Under the pieces are notes generated by a model, which ran no database searches, was not told the DNA's origin, and worked only from the letters and a program-made list of their open reading frames with translations. A DNA stretch of 64,000 nt from Verrucomicrobiota bacterium. GTDB lineage: Bacteria; Verrucomicrobiota; Verrucomicrobiia; Verrucomicrobiales; DEV007. The first letter of the stretch is position 1; each line of letters begins with the position of its first letter. Shown piece after piece: positions 39,937 to 51,236 of the stretch. The translations under genes were made by a program, and so were the position numbers. Location of the stretch: contig JASFYY010000002.1 in the NCBI GenBank assembly GCA_045046875.1, forward strand, positions 1 through 64,000, read 5' to 3'.

Positions 39937-40281
39937 TCAAATCTGATAAAAGCTTTCTGCGCCTGCTTGCGCACTTCGATTGAGCTTATCACAAACAATG
40001 CAACACAAGTCAAAAACCATGTCTTCTTTGATCGAATAAAAAACCTGATTCCCTTTTTGCTCACGAGTCAACAAATCGGCATCATACAAAATACGCAGTT
40101 GTTTGGAAATATTTGCTTGCGATGTTTCCAATGCTTCGACAATCTCATTTACAGAAGTCGAACGTCCTTTGAGAAACTGTAAAATACCCAAACGCGTCGG
40201 TTCGGAAAAAACCCGGAACAACTCGGCAATTTTCTGCAACGAAGCACGGTCAAGTTTCTGGGGGCTGGTGGTATTAGGCAT
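39937..40281 (-). CDS. ArsR/SmtB family transcriptional regulator
   Basis: FRVFSEPTRL.IL, SQANISKQL..L, REQKG..VFY; C-terminal LCCIVC. Confidence 0.9.
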   Translation of the reverse strand: MPNTTSPQKLDRASLQKIAELFRVFSEPTRLGILQFLKGRSTSVNEIVEALETSQANISKQLRILYDADLLTREQKGNQVFYSIKEDMVFDLCCIVCDKLNRSAQAGAESFYQI

Positions 40282-40498
40282 ATCGTTGTATAAGGATGAA
40301 GAACATCCTAGCCCTTGAGAGTTATTTGCACAAGTTTGTAATCCGGAATTATTCATATCGATTATGAGTCACGCTAATTTAGCTGGTGAAGTTGTTATTT
40401 GACTAGCTATATTACTACACTACACTATTGTGATACACATACCAGAGTTTTTATATTATACCCAAGTGAAATTAATTCAAGTTGGGTCCATTTTTCCC

Positions 40499-41827
40499 AT
40501 GTTTATGCGCCTGATTGCAGTTTTATCCCTTTTTGCTCTAGTCCAGAGCGCACTAGCCGGCGATGCCAATAATTCTTCGTGGACGCTTGATCGCGCCCTG
40601 TTACAGCTTCGCAAAAGCAATCCTGATGCTCGCTCAGCTGCCATCCGGATCGAAAAAGCACGCGCGCAACTGGATCAGGCCAGAGCCCAACTTTGGCCCA
40701 AGGTTCTTGCTGAAACGGGATACAGCGCAACGGACAATCCGGTTAATGCTTTCATGATGCAGCTCAACCAGCGGCAATTTGGCTTCGGCTCCGACTTTAA
40801 TGATCCTGATACCACTGATAACTGGGTCAGCGAATTGCGTGTTGAATACCCTTTTTACACTGGCGGGGCTCGCCGCGCGGCTATCAATGGCGCTCGTTTA
40901 GGTCTCGAGGCAAGCGAACACGAGCAAAAAGCGACCTTGTCCCAGCTGGAGTTGGAAGTAGCCCGGGCCTGGTTCCAGATCTACCAAAGCAGTGAAATCG
41001 TCAAAGCAGCTCAAGCTTTGCTAAAAAACCAACAGTCCAACTTGCAATTAGCCCGCAACCGGGTTGATGCCGCCACTGCCTTGCAAACCGCCGTGTTGGA
41101 TATAGAAACCAAAGTCGCCGAAGCGGAAGCCAATCTTGCTTATGCAGATAATTCCAAACAAATTGCCACCGCTTTTTTGCAGTCACTGTTGGGAATCGAA
41201 GGCAACCTTCCTTTTGTGGTAGCCGGTGGTCTGACAAAAATTGCCGCAGCAGGTGACGCTCAAATGGAGCGCCCAGAACTGAGCGCTTTGAAAAAAAGAG
41301 CCCAGCAGGCACAAACAGGTGTGACCCGCGCCAAAGCCGAACGCCTTCCCACCGTGGCCGGTTTTGCATCCGGACGTCACGATGAAGGTTTTATCGACCG
41401 GGGTGCTGGAGACAGTTGGATGGTCGGCGTGATGGTTCGTTTGAAGATATGGAGCGGGGGGGAAACCAAAGCAAAAATCGAAAGCGCTCAGAAAGACGCT
41501 GATCTGCTCAACCAAGCACAACGCAAACAAATGCTGGCGATCTCACTGCAGGTGAAAACCGCTCAACTCAATTTAATCACCGCCCGCAAGCGCATCACTC
41601 TGGCTAACAAAGGGATTCATAGTGCTGGGGAAAGTTTGCAACTCACCCGTCGCCGTTTCAAAGAAGGTTTGGCCCTCAGCACTCAACTGATCGACGGCGA
41701 AACGGCTCTGACTAATGCGCGGGTAGGACTGGCCAAAGCCCAGGCCGAAGAGCAGCTCGCTCAGGCCGCACTGCGCAGCGCCTTGGGTTTGCCGATCCGT
41801 GAACTCAGTGAAGAAACATCGAAATGA
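40499..41827 (+). CDS. TolC family outer-membrane efflux protein
   Basis: Signal peptide, helical repeats, RF.EGL, two OEP repeats; operon with MFP and RND genes. Confidence 0.9.
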   Translation: MFMRLIAVLSLFALVQSALAGDANNSSWTLDRALLQLRKSNPDARSAAIRIEKARAQLDQARAQLWPKVLAETGYSATDNPVNAFMMQLNQRQFGFGSDFNDPDTTDNWVSELRVEYPFYTGGARRAAINGARLGLEASEHEQKATLSQLELEVARAWFQIYQSSEIVKAAQALLKNQQSNLQLARNRVDAATALQTAVLDIETKVAEAEANLAYADNSKQIATAFLQSLLGIEGNLPFVVAGGLTKIAAAGDAQMERPELSALKKRAQQAQTGVTRAKAERLPTVAGFASGRHDEGFIDRGAGDSWMVGVMVRLKIWSGGETKAKIESAQKDADLLNQAQRKQMLAISLQVKTAQLNLITARKRITLANKGIHSAGESLQLTRRRFKEGLALSTQLIDGETALTNARVGLAKAQAEEQLAQAALRSALGLPIRELSEETSK

Positions 41828-42933
41828 CAAATTCTGCTTGGAAACTTAATATCACCCACCCTGCGTTTTGGCTTATCACTGTAAGCTGGCTTGCTGTATC
41901 GTGTAAACCTTCACATCCGGAAAGTTCCTCTGTACCATCAAGCGGACCCAGCATTGCCGTCAAAACCGCGGTTTTAAAAAGTCAGCAGGTGCCCGTTTTT
42001 GAAGAAGTGGTGGGAACCGTACGCCCTCACATGGAGGCACAGGTTTCGGCTAAAGTAACCGGAGCTATTCTACACATTTCTGCAGTGCCTGGCATGAAGG
42101 TGAAAAAAGGCGAAGTGATGGCAGAAATCGCTGTAGAGGAAATGAAGGCGGCTTTGGAACGCGCTCAGGCGGCAAAAGAAAATGCCAATAGCGACCTGCA
42201 ACGCTACCGCAAATTATTGTCCTCGGGAGCAGCCACCCAGGCAGAATTTGATGCGGTGCAATCCCGTCAACTGATGGCAAACGCCACGGTGAAAGAAACT
42301 GAAGTTTTGATCTCCAACGCCAGCGTCCAAGCCCCCTTTGATGGCACCATCACACGCAAGTTTATGGATACGGGAGATCTGGCCACCCCAGGCCGGCCTT
42401 TGTTCAGTATAGAGGATTCGTCCTTGCTGCGTTTGGAGATCCATGTCGCACAGTCGTTAGCCAACCAGGTAGTGCTGGATCAAAAATTTCGCGTGGTGGT
42501 TTCAGGAGCAAGTACTGCCGAGCTTATGGGCAACGTTGCCGAGATCGCTCCGGCGGGGGACACTGGCAGTCGTACCTTTTTGGTTAAACTTGATTTGCAA
42601 GCTGATAAAAATCTGCGCGCAGGACAATTTGGTCGCGCTTACATACCCAGAACCCAACGCAAGGCCCTTAAAGTTCCAGCACAAGCCCTGATCGAACGAG
42701 GGCAGATGGATTATGTTTTTGTGGCCTCTGACGGCAAGGCTCGTTTGCGTATTGTGCGCACCAAGGATGAAAATTTCCACGGACTCACCCAAACACCGTT
42801 CCGTGAAATTCTATCCGGTGTGGAGGTAGGGGAAACCGTCATATTATCACCACCACCGGAACTGCGGGATGGCCAGGACGTCAGCACCGATAAAGTGGAA
42901 GCGGCGGTTGATTCGACTCAGAAAAAATCATGA
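41824..42933 (+). CDS. RND efflux periplasmic adaptor (MFP), lipoprotein
   Basis: LAVSC lipobox, G..VKKG, APFDG, SRTF.VK, GQFGR. Confidence 0.92.
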   Translation: MTNSAWKLNITHPAFWLITVSWLAVSCKPSHPESSSVPSSGPSIAVKTAVLKSQQVPVFEEVVGTVRPHMEAQVSAKVTGAILHISAVPGMKVKKGEVMAEIAVEEMKAALERAQAAKENANSDLQRYRKLLSSGAATQAEFDAVQSRQLMANATVKETEVLISNASVQAPFDGTITRKFMDTGDLATPGRPLFSIEDSSLLRLEIHVAQSLANQVVLDQKFRVVVSGASTAELMGNVAEIAPAGDTGSRTFLVKLDLQADKNLRAGQFGRAYIPRTQRKALKVPAQALIERGQMDYVFVASDGKARLRIVRTKDENFHGLTQTPFREILSGVEVGETVILSPPPELRDGQDVSTDKVEAAVDSTQKKS

Positions 42934-45900
42934 GTGAACCCCATTCACCAGAAGTGCACGGCATGGCCGGACGCATGGCCAGCAGCTTTATCAATTCAAA
43001 GCTGACTCCGCTTTTGATTCTAAGCTCCATTCTATTGGGAATCTTTGCGATCATCAATCTTCCACGTGAAGAAGAACCGCAAATCAAGGTGCCGATGATT
43101 GATGTGATGGTGGCAATGCCGGGAGCCTCCGCCAAGGAAATCGAAGAACGGGTGACAACCCCGATGGAAAAATTATTGTGGGAAATCCCCGGTGTTGAAT
43201 ACATTTACAGCATATCAGCAGCCGGACAAAGCCTGGTCATTGTCCGTTTTGAAGTCGGTGAAGACGAACAACAGGCTTTAGTGAGTCTCAATCAACAACT
43301 GCAATCCAATTACGACAAAATTCCCCATGGCGTCTCCTACCCTTTGATCAAATCAAAGTCGATCGATGATGTCCCTATTCTAGCTCTTACTTTGCACAGC
43401 CAACGTTATGATGCCCTCACATTAAGACGGGTGGCCGCTGAGTTGGAGGATGCGATCAAGACTATTCCCGACGTCGCCGAAACCAGTCTGATCGGAGGCC
43501 AGCAACGCGTGATCCGGGCACTGATCGACCCAGCTAAACTCGCCGCTCGCAATCTCAGCCTCGCAGGCATCGTTCCGGTTTTGCAACAAGCCAATCGCCA
43601 ATACCGGGCAGGTGATGTGACTGCTTATAATGAAGAGATTTTAATAGAAAGCGGAGCGTTTCTGCATTCCGCCAAAGAAGCCGGTGATGTAGTGCTCGGC
43701 GCTTATAATGGCAAACCCATTTACCTGCGCGAAGTCGCGGATATTGTTGATGGTGGGGATGACCCCCAGCACTACGTGCTCTACGGGGCAGGGGCCGGAG
43801 CACGTGGCGACGAAAACAAAACTCCCAACGGCGAAGAACTGGCAGTGACCATTACAGTAGCCAAACGACCTGGTACCAACGCTATTTCATTGGCGGAAAC
43901 CGTACTGGCTAAAGTGGATGCGCTGAAAGGACGGGTGATTCCCGAAGAAATCGGAGTATCGATCACTCGTCACTATGGCGAAACCGCAGCTGAGAAATCA
44001 AACGAACTGCTACTGCACATGGGCATCGCTGTTCTCAGTGTTTCCATCCTGATTCTTTTTATGTTAGGATGGCGGGAATCGTTGGTCGTTGCAATTGCCA
44101 TCCCGTCAACCTTATCGCTGACTTTACTGACTTTTTACCTCTACGGATTCACTCTCAACCGAATCACACTTTTTGCGCTCATCTTTTCCATTGGCATTCT
44201 AGTCGATGACGCCATCGTGGTGGTGGAAAATATTGTCCGCCATCTACGATTGCCGGAAAATCGGGGAAAATCGATGGCTCGTGTATCGGTCGAAGCGGTT
44301 AGTGAAGTAGGTAATCCAACTGTGCTCGCCACCTGGGCGGTGATCGCCGCTATTCTGCCGATGGCATTTGTCGGTGGTTTGATGGGCCCTTATATGCGCC
44401 CTATTCCGATCGGCGCTAGCGCAGCGATGATCTTTTCGTTGTTGATTGCCTTCATCGTCACGCCTTGGGCATCCATTCGTTTGCTCAAAAACCGCAGTGC
44501 CGGGGAAGGCCATGATGAGGGTGAGGAAAAAGAGGGTTGGATGACTCGCGCTTACCGACGTTGGATGGGTTTTCTATTGGGCAGTCCGTCGCATCAATGG
44601 GGATTTATTATTGTCGTGGTGATGTTATTACTCGGCAGCATGGCTCTGGTCGGTATCGGTTTTGTGAAAGTCAAAATGCTACCTTTTGATAATAAAAGTG
44701 AATTCCAAGTGATCCTGGATATGCCCGAAGGCACTGCGCTCGAACAAACCACTCAAGTCGCACGGGAAATGGCGTTGGTCATCGCCGCAGAACCGGAAGT
44801 GGTGAACTATCAAGTTTACGCAGGCACCTCATCGCCCTTTAACTTCAACGGTTTGGTGCGTCATTATTTTATGCGTCATGGAACTAATGTCGCCGACCTG
44901 CAAGTGAACCTTTTACCCAAAGATGCACGCAAAGCTTCCAGCCACGATATCGCTAAACGGGTTCGCCCCAAGTTAGAAAAAATATCCAGACGTTATGAAG
45001 CCGCCATTGCGGTGGCTGAAGTGCCGCCCGGCCCACCGGTATTACAAACCCTGGTTGCTGAAGTTTACGGCCATGACCGAACACAGCGCGAAGCTTTGGC
45101 TCTTGAAGTAAAAAATATTTTTGAATCCGTGCCTGGGGTGGTTGATGTCGATTGGTATCAGGAACACGATCAAAAAAGACTGCGTTTCCATATCGATAAG
45201 GAAAAAGCGGCTTTAAACGGCATCACGGCTGAAACCATTTCCCAAACCCTGCGGCTGGCGGTTGAAGGAGTCGATGTCGAACTCGTGCATTTGCCCCGCG
45301 AAAGAGAACCCGTCATGTTACGGGTAAAATTGCCTCGCCAGAACCGTACCAATGCCGAGCAATTGCTCGGACTGCGCGTGCGTTCGGGAGATGCCAATGC
45401 TTTGCCTGAACAAGTCGGCCAGGCTGCCACAATCCCTCCCCTGGTGCCACTCGGGGAATTGGTTACCATAGAAGAAGACATCATCGACAAAAGCATTTAT
45501 CACAAAAACCTGATGCCCGTCACTTATGTGATCGGTGATGTCGCCGGGGAAAAAGAAAGTCCTGTTTATGCGATTTTGGAAATGAATAAAAAACTCGCTG
45601 AACTTGATGCCCGTCAATTTGGTGCCACCGACGCGAAACTCAAAATTTTCAATGCACAAATGCCCTTCCTTGATATGGAACCTTCAATGAAATGGGACGG
45701 GGAGTGGCATATCACTATCGAAGTCTTCCGCGATCTCGGTACAGCTTTTGCAGTAGTATTGATTTTGATCTATGTGCTGATGGTCGGCTGGTTCAAGTCA
45801 TTCGTCACACCGATGATCGTCATGATAGCCATTCCCTTTTCACTGATCGGCATTATGCCAGCCCACGGTATGATGGGAGCTTTTTTCTCCGCGACCTCGA

Positions 45901-46211
45901 TGATCGGATTCATGGCTGGAGGAGGTATCGTCATACGTAATTCGATCATACTGGTAGACTTCATCCAACTGCGAGTAGCCCAGGGCATGACCTTGCACGA
46001 TGCCGTCATCGACGCCGGTGCGGTGAGGTTCCGCCCAATGTTATTAACCGCCATGGCTGTGGTGGTGGGCGCATCGGTGATCCTGATGGATCCCATTTTC
46101 CAGGGTCTTGCCATCGCTTTGATGGCTGGTGAAATTGCTTCTTTATTAATCAGCCGTATCGCAGTCCCAGTGCTTTATTACATGGTCAATCGACGCTCGC
46201 ATAAAGCGTAA
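42930..46211 (+). CDS. RND efflux permease (AcrB/AcrD/AcrF superfamily)
   Basis: [39 protein letters not shown]-terminal motif. Confidence 0.95.
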   Translation: MSEPHSPEVHGMAGRMASSFINSKLTPLLILSSILLGIFAIINLPREEEPQIKVPMIDVMVAMPGASAKEIEERVTTPMEKLLWEIPGVEYIYSISAAGQSLVIVRFEVGEDEQQALVSLNQQLQSNYDKIPHGVSYPLIKSKSIDDVPILALTLHSQRYDALTLRRVAAELEDAIKTIPDVAETSLIGGQQRVIRALIDPAKLAARNLSLAGIVPVLQQANRQYRAGDVTAYNEEILIESGAFLHSAKEAGDVVLGAYNGKPIYLREVADIVDGGDDPQHYVLYGAGAGARGDENKTPNGEELAVTITVAKRPGTNAISLAETVLAKVDALKGRVIPEEIGVSITRHYGETAAEKSNELLLHMGIAVLSVSILILFMLGWRESLVVAIAIPSTLSLTLLTFYLYGFTLNRITLFALIFSIGILVDDAIVVVENIVRHLRLPENRGKSMARVSVEAVSEVGNPTVLATWAVIAAILPMAFVGGLMGPYMRPIPIGASAAMIFSLLIAFIVTPWASIRLLKNRSAGEGHDEGEEKEGWMTRAYRRWMGFLLGSPSHQWGFIIVVVMLLLGSMALVGIGFVKVKMLPFDNKSEFQVILDMPEGTALEQTTQVAREMALVIAAEPEVVNYQVYAGTSSPFNFNGLVRHYFMRHGTNVADLQVNLLPKDARKASSHDIAKRVRPKLEKISRRYEAAIAVAEVPPGPPVLQTLVAEVYGHDRTQREALALEVKNIFESVPGVVDVDWYQEHDQKRLRFHIDKEKAALNGITAETISQTLRLAVEGVDVELVHLPREREPVMLRVKLPRQNRTNAEQLLGLRVRSGDANALPEQVGQAATIPPLVPLGELVTIEEDIIDKSIYHKNLMPVTYVIGDVAGEKESPVYAILEMNKKLAELDARQFGATDAKLKIFNAQMPFLDMEPSMKWDGEWHITIEVFRDLGTAFAVVLILIYVLMVGWFKSFVTPMIVMIAIPFSLIGIMPAHGMMGAFFSATSMIGFMAGGGIVIRNSIILVDFIQLRVAQGMTLHDAVIDAGAVRFRPMLLTAMAVVVGASVILMDPIFQGLAIALMAGEIASLLISRIAVPVLYYMVNRRSHKA

Positions 46212-46230
46212 TGAGTGACTAAAATAGTTC

Positions 46231-47730
46231 TCAGCCCTTTTTCTTTTTCTTTTTGTTGGGAGCCGGGCCTTCACCGCTCGTTCCCCATTTTGCTCTGCGA
46301 TCGGCTTCGTGGCGTTTACGCTCTTTATCGTAATAAACACCCGGCTTCACTGGTGTGTGTTCCTGTTTCGCAAAAGCCTGCATTTCTTTCAATAAATCTG
46401 GGTATTGATCAGCAACGCTGACGGTCTCGCTGATATCCTTGTCGAGGTTGTAAAGTTCCCAGGGAGCATTGCTTTTTGGTTGGATCGCTTTCCACTTGTT
46501 TTTTCGTACCGCGATCTGGTTACGGTACTCCCAGTAGAGCATATCGTGTTGCTGCTGTTTTTTGCCTGAAGCATGTGCACCAATAAGAGTAGGAAGAATC
46601 GACAATCCATCGAGATCAACGGGTGATTCTGCTCCTGCGATGTCAGTCAATGTTGGAAAAACATCAATCTGATTAAAAAGCAAATCACTGACTTGTCCTC
46701 CTTTGATCTTGCCTGGCCATTGCACCAGAAAAGGAATGCGCAAGCCGCCTTCGTAGAGCTTACCTTTGCTGCCACGAAACTCGACACCGGTTTTGGGATT
46801 CACATTCGGTCCAAAAAAACCGCGAGGTCGTTCTTTACTATTAAAATAATCCTGCCCGCCATTATCACCAGTGAAAAACACAATGGTATTATCATCGAGT
46901 TTAAGCTCAGCTAGCAGGTCGAACACCTGGCCGAGATTGTCATCCACCATACTGACCATGGCAGCATAGTTTTTGATATCCTGATCGATCTTGGGATCTT
47001 TGATCCATTCTGTGTTTTTGTAATGTCTCCAGGCCGGATTGTCCTTCGGAATATCCCACATGCCATGCGGCGGTGTGATCGGCAGGTAACAAAAAAAGGG
47101 CTGATCTTTGTTTTCACGGATGAACTCTAGGCTTTCCCTGATGATCTCAGTGTGGGAATAAGTCTGCCCATGACGCCCACCTTTATTGCCCTGCAGCGGA
47201 ACTTCCTCACTGTTGCGGATCAGGTAGGGAGGATAATAGGAGTGCGCATGCACTTGATCGTAGTAGCCGAAAAACACATCAAAGCCATGTTTTTCCGGCA
47301 CACCACTGGAATCACGTCCGCCAGCACCCCATTTACCGAATCCACCAGTGGCGTATCCTTTACTTTTCAAGGCAGAGGCGATGGTAGCTTCGCCAGCGCG
47401 TAGTGGAGTGCCACCATCATTGGCCCGTACCGAAGCGTGGCCGGAATGTTTGCCAGTCATCATTTGTCCGCGCAAAGGAGCACATACTGGCGATGCTGCG
47501 AGCGCTTGGGTGAAACGAATGCCATCCTTCGCCATTTGGTCGATGCGCGGCGTTTTGATATAAGGGTTTCCCATATGGGATAGCTCATAATAGGCGAGTT
47601 CGTCCGCCATGATGTAAACAATATTGGGTGGGCGATCCGCGCCGAATGCAAAACTTGCCAAGTTACAAAGAATTGTGAGCAACACAAAAAAGTGGCGCAG
47701 GCATGAGCGTAATAGATTTGCAGTCATCAT
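46231..47730 (-). CDS. Secreted arylsulfatase (formylglycine-dependent, family S1)
   Basis: PNIVYIMAD, CAPLR (CxPxR), GKWG, GDNG, KG.LYEGG.R.P. Confidence 0.92.
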   Translation of the reverse strand: MMTANLLRSCLRHFFVLLTILCNLASFAFGADRPPNIVYIMADELAYYELSHMGNPYIKTPRIDQMAKDGIRFTQALAASPVCAPLRGQMMTGKHSGHASVRANDGGTPLRAGEATIASALKSKGYATGGFGKWGAGGRDSSGVPEKHGFDVFFGYYDQVHAHSYYPPYLIRNSEEVPLQGNKGGRHGQTYSHTEIIRESLEFIRENKDQPFFCYLPITPPHGMWDIPKDNPAWRHYKNTEWIKDPKIDQDIKNYAAMVSMVDDNLGQVFDLLAELKLDDNTIVFFTGDNGGQDYFNSKERPRGFFGPNVNPKTGVEFRGSKGKLYEGGLRIPFLVQWPGKIKGGQVSDLLFNQIDVFPTLTDIAGAESPVDLDGLSILPTLIGAHASGKKQQQHDMLYWEYRNQIAVRKNKWKAIQPKSNAPWELYNLDKDISETVSVADQYPDLLKEMQAFAKQEHTPVKPGVYYDKERKRHEADRRAKWGTSGEGPAPNKKKKKKG

Positions 47731-47820
47731 CTGTAAAATGTGATCTGCCGCACGCTTAGTGTAAAGTCCGCGATTACGTCCCTTTTTGAAAATTTGGTTA
47801 ATTACTTTGTGCCTAGCTGC

Positions 47821-48837
47821 TCACTGGCTAATCAGTTTTTCAATCCGGCGAACCACTTCCTGCGCTAGTTTTCTCTCACCCCGATGAAAACGCAGCACCA
47901 GCTTACGATTATCCAATAAACTGTATAATACCACGTCTTCACTGAAAAAGTGTGTTTCGTGCACCACTTGCAAACCCTGCAAAGAAAGATCCTGAGCTAT
48001 AATTCCTCCACGCCGATTAATCAAAAACTGCAGTTGATCTGTTGATGAAGAGTCAACAAGCACTTTCACTCTGAAATTTGGACGTAAGCCGGTTATTTTT
48101 TTTACCCTACCAGTGAAACACGGCAAGGCCCAAAGAATCTGCGGCCTCGCACCATCCAAAACCTTAGTCAAAACCACATCTTCATCAGCAGTCAGTTTAC
48201 CGTTTTCTTTAAAACTAAGATCTACATCTGTTGCTGGAGAAGTGAGTTTGAAATACAGCAGTGAGAAAAATGCTCTGACCCGGCGCAGCAAACGAGGAGC
48301 AAAAAATATCACCACTATCAGAAAAACAAGTGCAATAACACCTACCAGTTTTGGTGAAATTGTCATCAAAGACAAAGCTCCGATTACCACCACATCCTCA
48401 GCCACACTCACCACCACATTGGATACCGGTTCCGGCGAAGCATTTACAGCAAGCCTTGTGCTGGCCTTAAATCCATGGGATACCAAGGTGGCGCTGCCAG
48501 CCAACAAAGCGATGATCACATCAAAAACCGGATCTGACGTGCCCAGAGTCTGGATCGCCAGAAAAGCTCCACCCACCGGCCTGATCAGAGTGTGTATCGT
48601 GTCCCACAATGAATCGACCCAGGGGATTTTATCCGAGAAAAATTCCAATAGAAAAAATATGCCTGCTGCGACCAGAATTGCAGGGTTAGCAAGTATATTC
48701 AAATCCTGATGTTCCACCGATAGCACCACCCAGTGAAAACGAATCGCCAAACCCGTAACCAAAACTGTCAAATATAGATTCAGGCCGGCCAGTGTGGCTA
48801 AGCCCAAAGCGATACTGAGTTGATCTATGATATCCAT
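47821..48837 (-). CDS. DUF4126 domain membrane protein with soluble C-terminal domain
   Basis: AGLNLYL, EFFSDKIPWVDSLWD.IHT.IRP.GGA, SPEPVSN...S.AED. Confidence 0.88.
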   Translation of the reverse strand: MDIIDQLSIALGLATLAGLNLYLTVLVTGLAIRFHWVVLSVEHQDLNILANPAILVAAGIFFLLEFFSDKIPWVDSLWDTIHTLIRPVGGAFLAIQTLGTSDPVFDVIIALLAGSATLVSHGFKASTRLAVNASPEPVSNVVVSVAEDVVVIGALSLMTISPKLVGVIALVFLIVVIFFAPRLLRRVRAFFSLLYFKLTSPATDVDLSFKENGKLTADEDVVLTKVLDGARPQILWALPCFTGRVKKITGLRPNFRVKVLVDSSSTDQLQFLINRRGGIIAQDLSLQGLQVVHETHFFSEDVVLYSLLDNRKLVLRFHRGERKLAQEVVRRIEKLISQ

Positions 48838-48945
48838 GATTTTTTATCCTTAGAGGGCAAACTACACGGAAGCCTGTTTTCAAGCCATTACAAAAGAACT
48901 ATATTTTTATAAAGCCTTAGGAAAATCGAAGCCTTCTGTTAATAA

Positions 48946-50124
48946 TCAGCGCGTCCACGAAGGATCATATACAGGTGTGCCATCACTCAAAATTTGCCCC
49001 TTTGCCCCGGTATTCGCATCTATACGATATAATGCGCCGCGATCTGTATAAATTAAATGGCGGGAATCTGCTCCCCAGACCGGCGATTGACCACGGGTGA
49101 GCACCCGGGTTGAACGATCACCTAAATCGTGAATGGTGATGCTTGCGTTTTTTGAGCCTCCGCTCACAAACGCGATTCTTTTTCCATCCGGTGACCAGCA
49201 AGCTTGAGCCGGTGTGGCTAGCTTAATAGCCAACGCGGTAGGGTGTTTACCGTCTTTACTACTGATCACAAATAATTGGGTTTTTCCCGCATCGACCACA
49301 GCAGTGTAAACCAGTGATTTACCATCCCCTGACCATGATGGTTGAATTTCTGCAATTGGGCTACTTGTTAATCGTCGCCGTGATTTTCCTGTATTTCGAC
49401 TGATGTAAAGATCACTATTACCTTGTTCGGAAAGAACCAATACCAATTGTTTGCCATCAGGAGAAACCACGGCTTTTTCACTCGCATTCCCATAGGTCAG
49501 GGCAATGCGACTTCGTTGATCATTACTGAGATCTATTCTATAAATTCCCGCGGATGAAGGCTCCATCCCGGTAAAATATACAAATCTACCATTAGGACTA
49601 AGACAAGGGTGACGTTTGGGTAATCCGTCTGTAGTGATTTGGCGAATATTTTTGCCATCATAATCACACACATAAATATCCGCTTTGCCATTACGAGCAC
49701 TTATAAAAGCTATCTGGCTGGTGGCGATACCCGGATGTCCCGTTGCGGCGTGAACCACATCATCGGACAATTGTCTCAAGTCTGTTTTTAACACCCCATT
49801 ATTGTAAACTCGCTTGAAAAGCTGATGACCATCCGGATGTAGCAACTCACCCTCAAGTCCCTTTTTTACAAAACGAGCTTTAAGCACAAAAGCCCCGGGT
49901 TGTGCTTGTGCTAAATAAAAAAACGCACTTCTTTTAATCTCGTAACTTAAAATCTGATTGGCACTAGCCGCCTGCCCTCCTTGAATTGGGATCATTGCCA
50001 AAGGCAACTCTTTAGCCAAAGCCGAGGAAGACCAATGAAAACAAATTAAGCACGCGTAAAATATTAAGCTTGTTTTCAGTATTTTTTGCACCCACACCAA
50101 TACACAAAACTTTAAAAAATTCAA
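48946..50124 (-). CDS. TolB-like PD40 beta-propeller protein
   Basis: SDDVV.A.TG.PGIA.SQIAF, IYVCDYDG, SPDGK repeats, terminal PSW; start codon uncertain. Confidence 0.8.
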   Translation of the reverse strand: MNFLKFCVLVWVQKILKTSLIFYACLICFHWSSSALAKELPLAMIPIQGGQAASANQILSYEIKRSAFFYLAQAQPGAFVLKARFVKKGLEGELLHPDGHQLFKRVYNNGVLKTDLRQLSDDVVHAATGHPGIATSQIAFISARNGKADIYVCDYDGKNIRQITTDGLPKRHPCLSPNGRFVYFTGMEPSSAGIYRIDLSNDQRSRIALTYGNASEKAVVSPDGKQLVLVLSEQGNSDLYISRNTGKSRRRLTSSPIAEIQPSWSGDGKSLVYTAVVDAGKTQLFVISSKDGKHPTALAIKLATPAQACWSPDGKRIAFVSGGSKNASITIHDLGDRSTRVLTRGQSPVWGADSRHLIYTDRGALYRIDANTGAKGQILSDGTPVYDPSWTR

Positions 50125-50289
50125 GCGCTGAGGCTTAGGTGGTAATCGGAATACTCATTTTGGCTCAAACTTGTAGAGAATTCTGCTGATCAGGAGATTA
50201 TCCATTTTTTTGAGTTTATGTTCCCCCCCTTGTTTCATCTCAACAGCACGTTTTCTACGCTGCTTTTAGTTACTTACAACTCCCTGGAA

Positions 50290-51153
50290 TCAACGCCACC
50301 ACCACTCCAACATGCCACGATGGAGGTGATAAACAGGTTTTAGATTTTTTTGCTTATTTAATCTTTCCACTGCCTGCCGACTGCGATAACCACCCGCACA
50401 ATAAATCAGTATAGACGATTTGCCTTTTAAAGCTTGTTCAACTTTTTTATCAAATTCCTCGTCGCTGATCGATATATTCATCGCCCCCGGTAACCGCTGA
50501 CCCGAATATTCCCACGGACTGCGTACATCCAATATCAATAGATCTGTGTTTGACTGAATCAATTCGGCTGCTTGCACTGCCCGGATATTTATATTTTTTT
50601 TAGCTTTAAAAATCCTTTGATCCCAGGAATTTTCAAACACTTGCCAATACAAATAAGCTATTAGAATAATATAACTAAAATACTGTAACAGACCTATCCA
50701 ACGTAATCCAATCGACCCACTTTTAACAGGTCCAAAAGGTACCCATCTAGGCGTATGTATTTTGTAATTTTTATATTCTTTGTAGCGCTCACTCAAACAC
50801 TTCTCTTCCAATGAACTCTTTAACCACAAAACAACCACCAAAACTAACCACAATGTAAGTGCAATCCAAGTAGCAGCAGTCCAAGCCACCATCAAGGTTC
50901 CTAATAATACCGCACCATACATCGGATGACGTACCCAGTGATAGGCTCGCTGTTGACACAAAACCCCTTCTTTCGCAGGAGTAGGATGAATTTTCAAGGT
51001 TTTACGCGGCATCGACCAAATCGCCCACAGCAGCCATAAACCGGAGATCATCAAACCTGTGATCGACCAGGAAGAATGTAAAACCGATCCAGAATAAATC
51101 AACAATATGGCAATCAATGCCAATTGTGCACCAACCAGTAAAAAACCTAACAT
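50290..51153 (-). CDS. Fusion of an ICMT/PEMT-family membrane methyltransferase and a rhodanese domain
   Basis: YHWVRHPMY, KSSLEEK.L...Y.EY..Y...TPR; then ILDVRSPWEY...RLPGA.NI and IYCAGGYRS. Confidence 0.82.
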   Translation of the reverse strand: MLGFLLVGAQLALIAILLIYSGSVLHSSWSITGLMISGLWLLWAIWSMPRKTLKIHPTPAKEGVLCQQRAYHWVRHPMYGAVLLGTLMVAWTAATWIALTLWLVLVVVLWLKSSLEEKCLSERYKEYKNYKIHTPRWVPFGPVKSGSIGLRWIGLLQYFSYIILIAYLYWQVFENSWDQRIFKAKKNINIRAVQAAELIQSNTDLLILDVRSPWEYSGQRLPGAMNISISDEEFDKKVEQALKGKSSILIYCAGGYRSRQAVERLNKQKNLKPVYHLHRGMLEWWWR

Positions 51154-51236
51154 ATTTATTGAATCCCTTAAAGAGTTCAAATGTGCGATCAATTAGAAAA
51201 TGATCGCACTTCCACATCTCCATCGTAACGAATATT

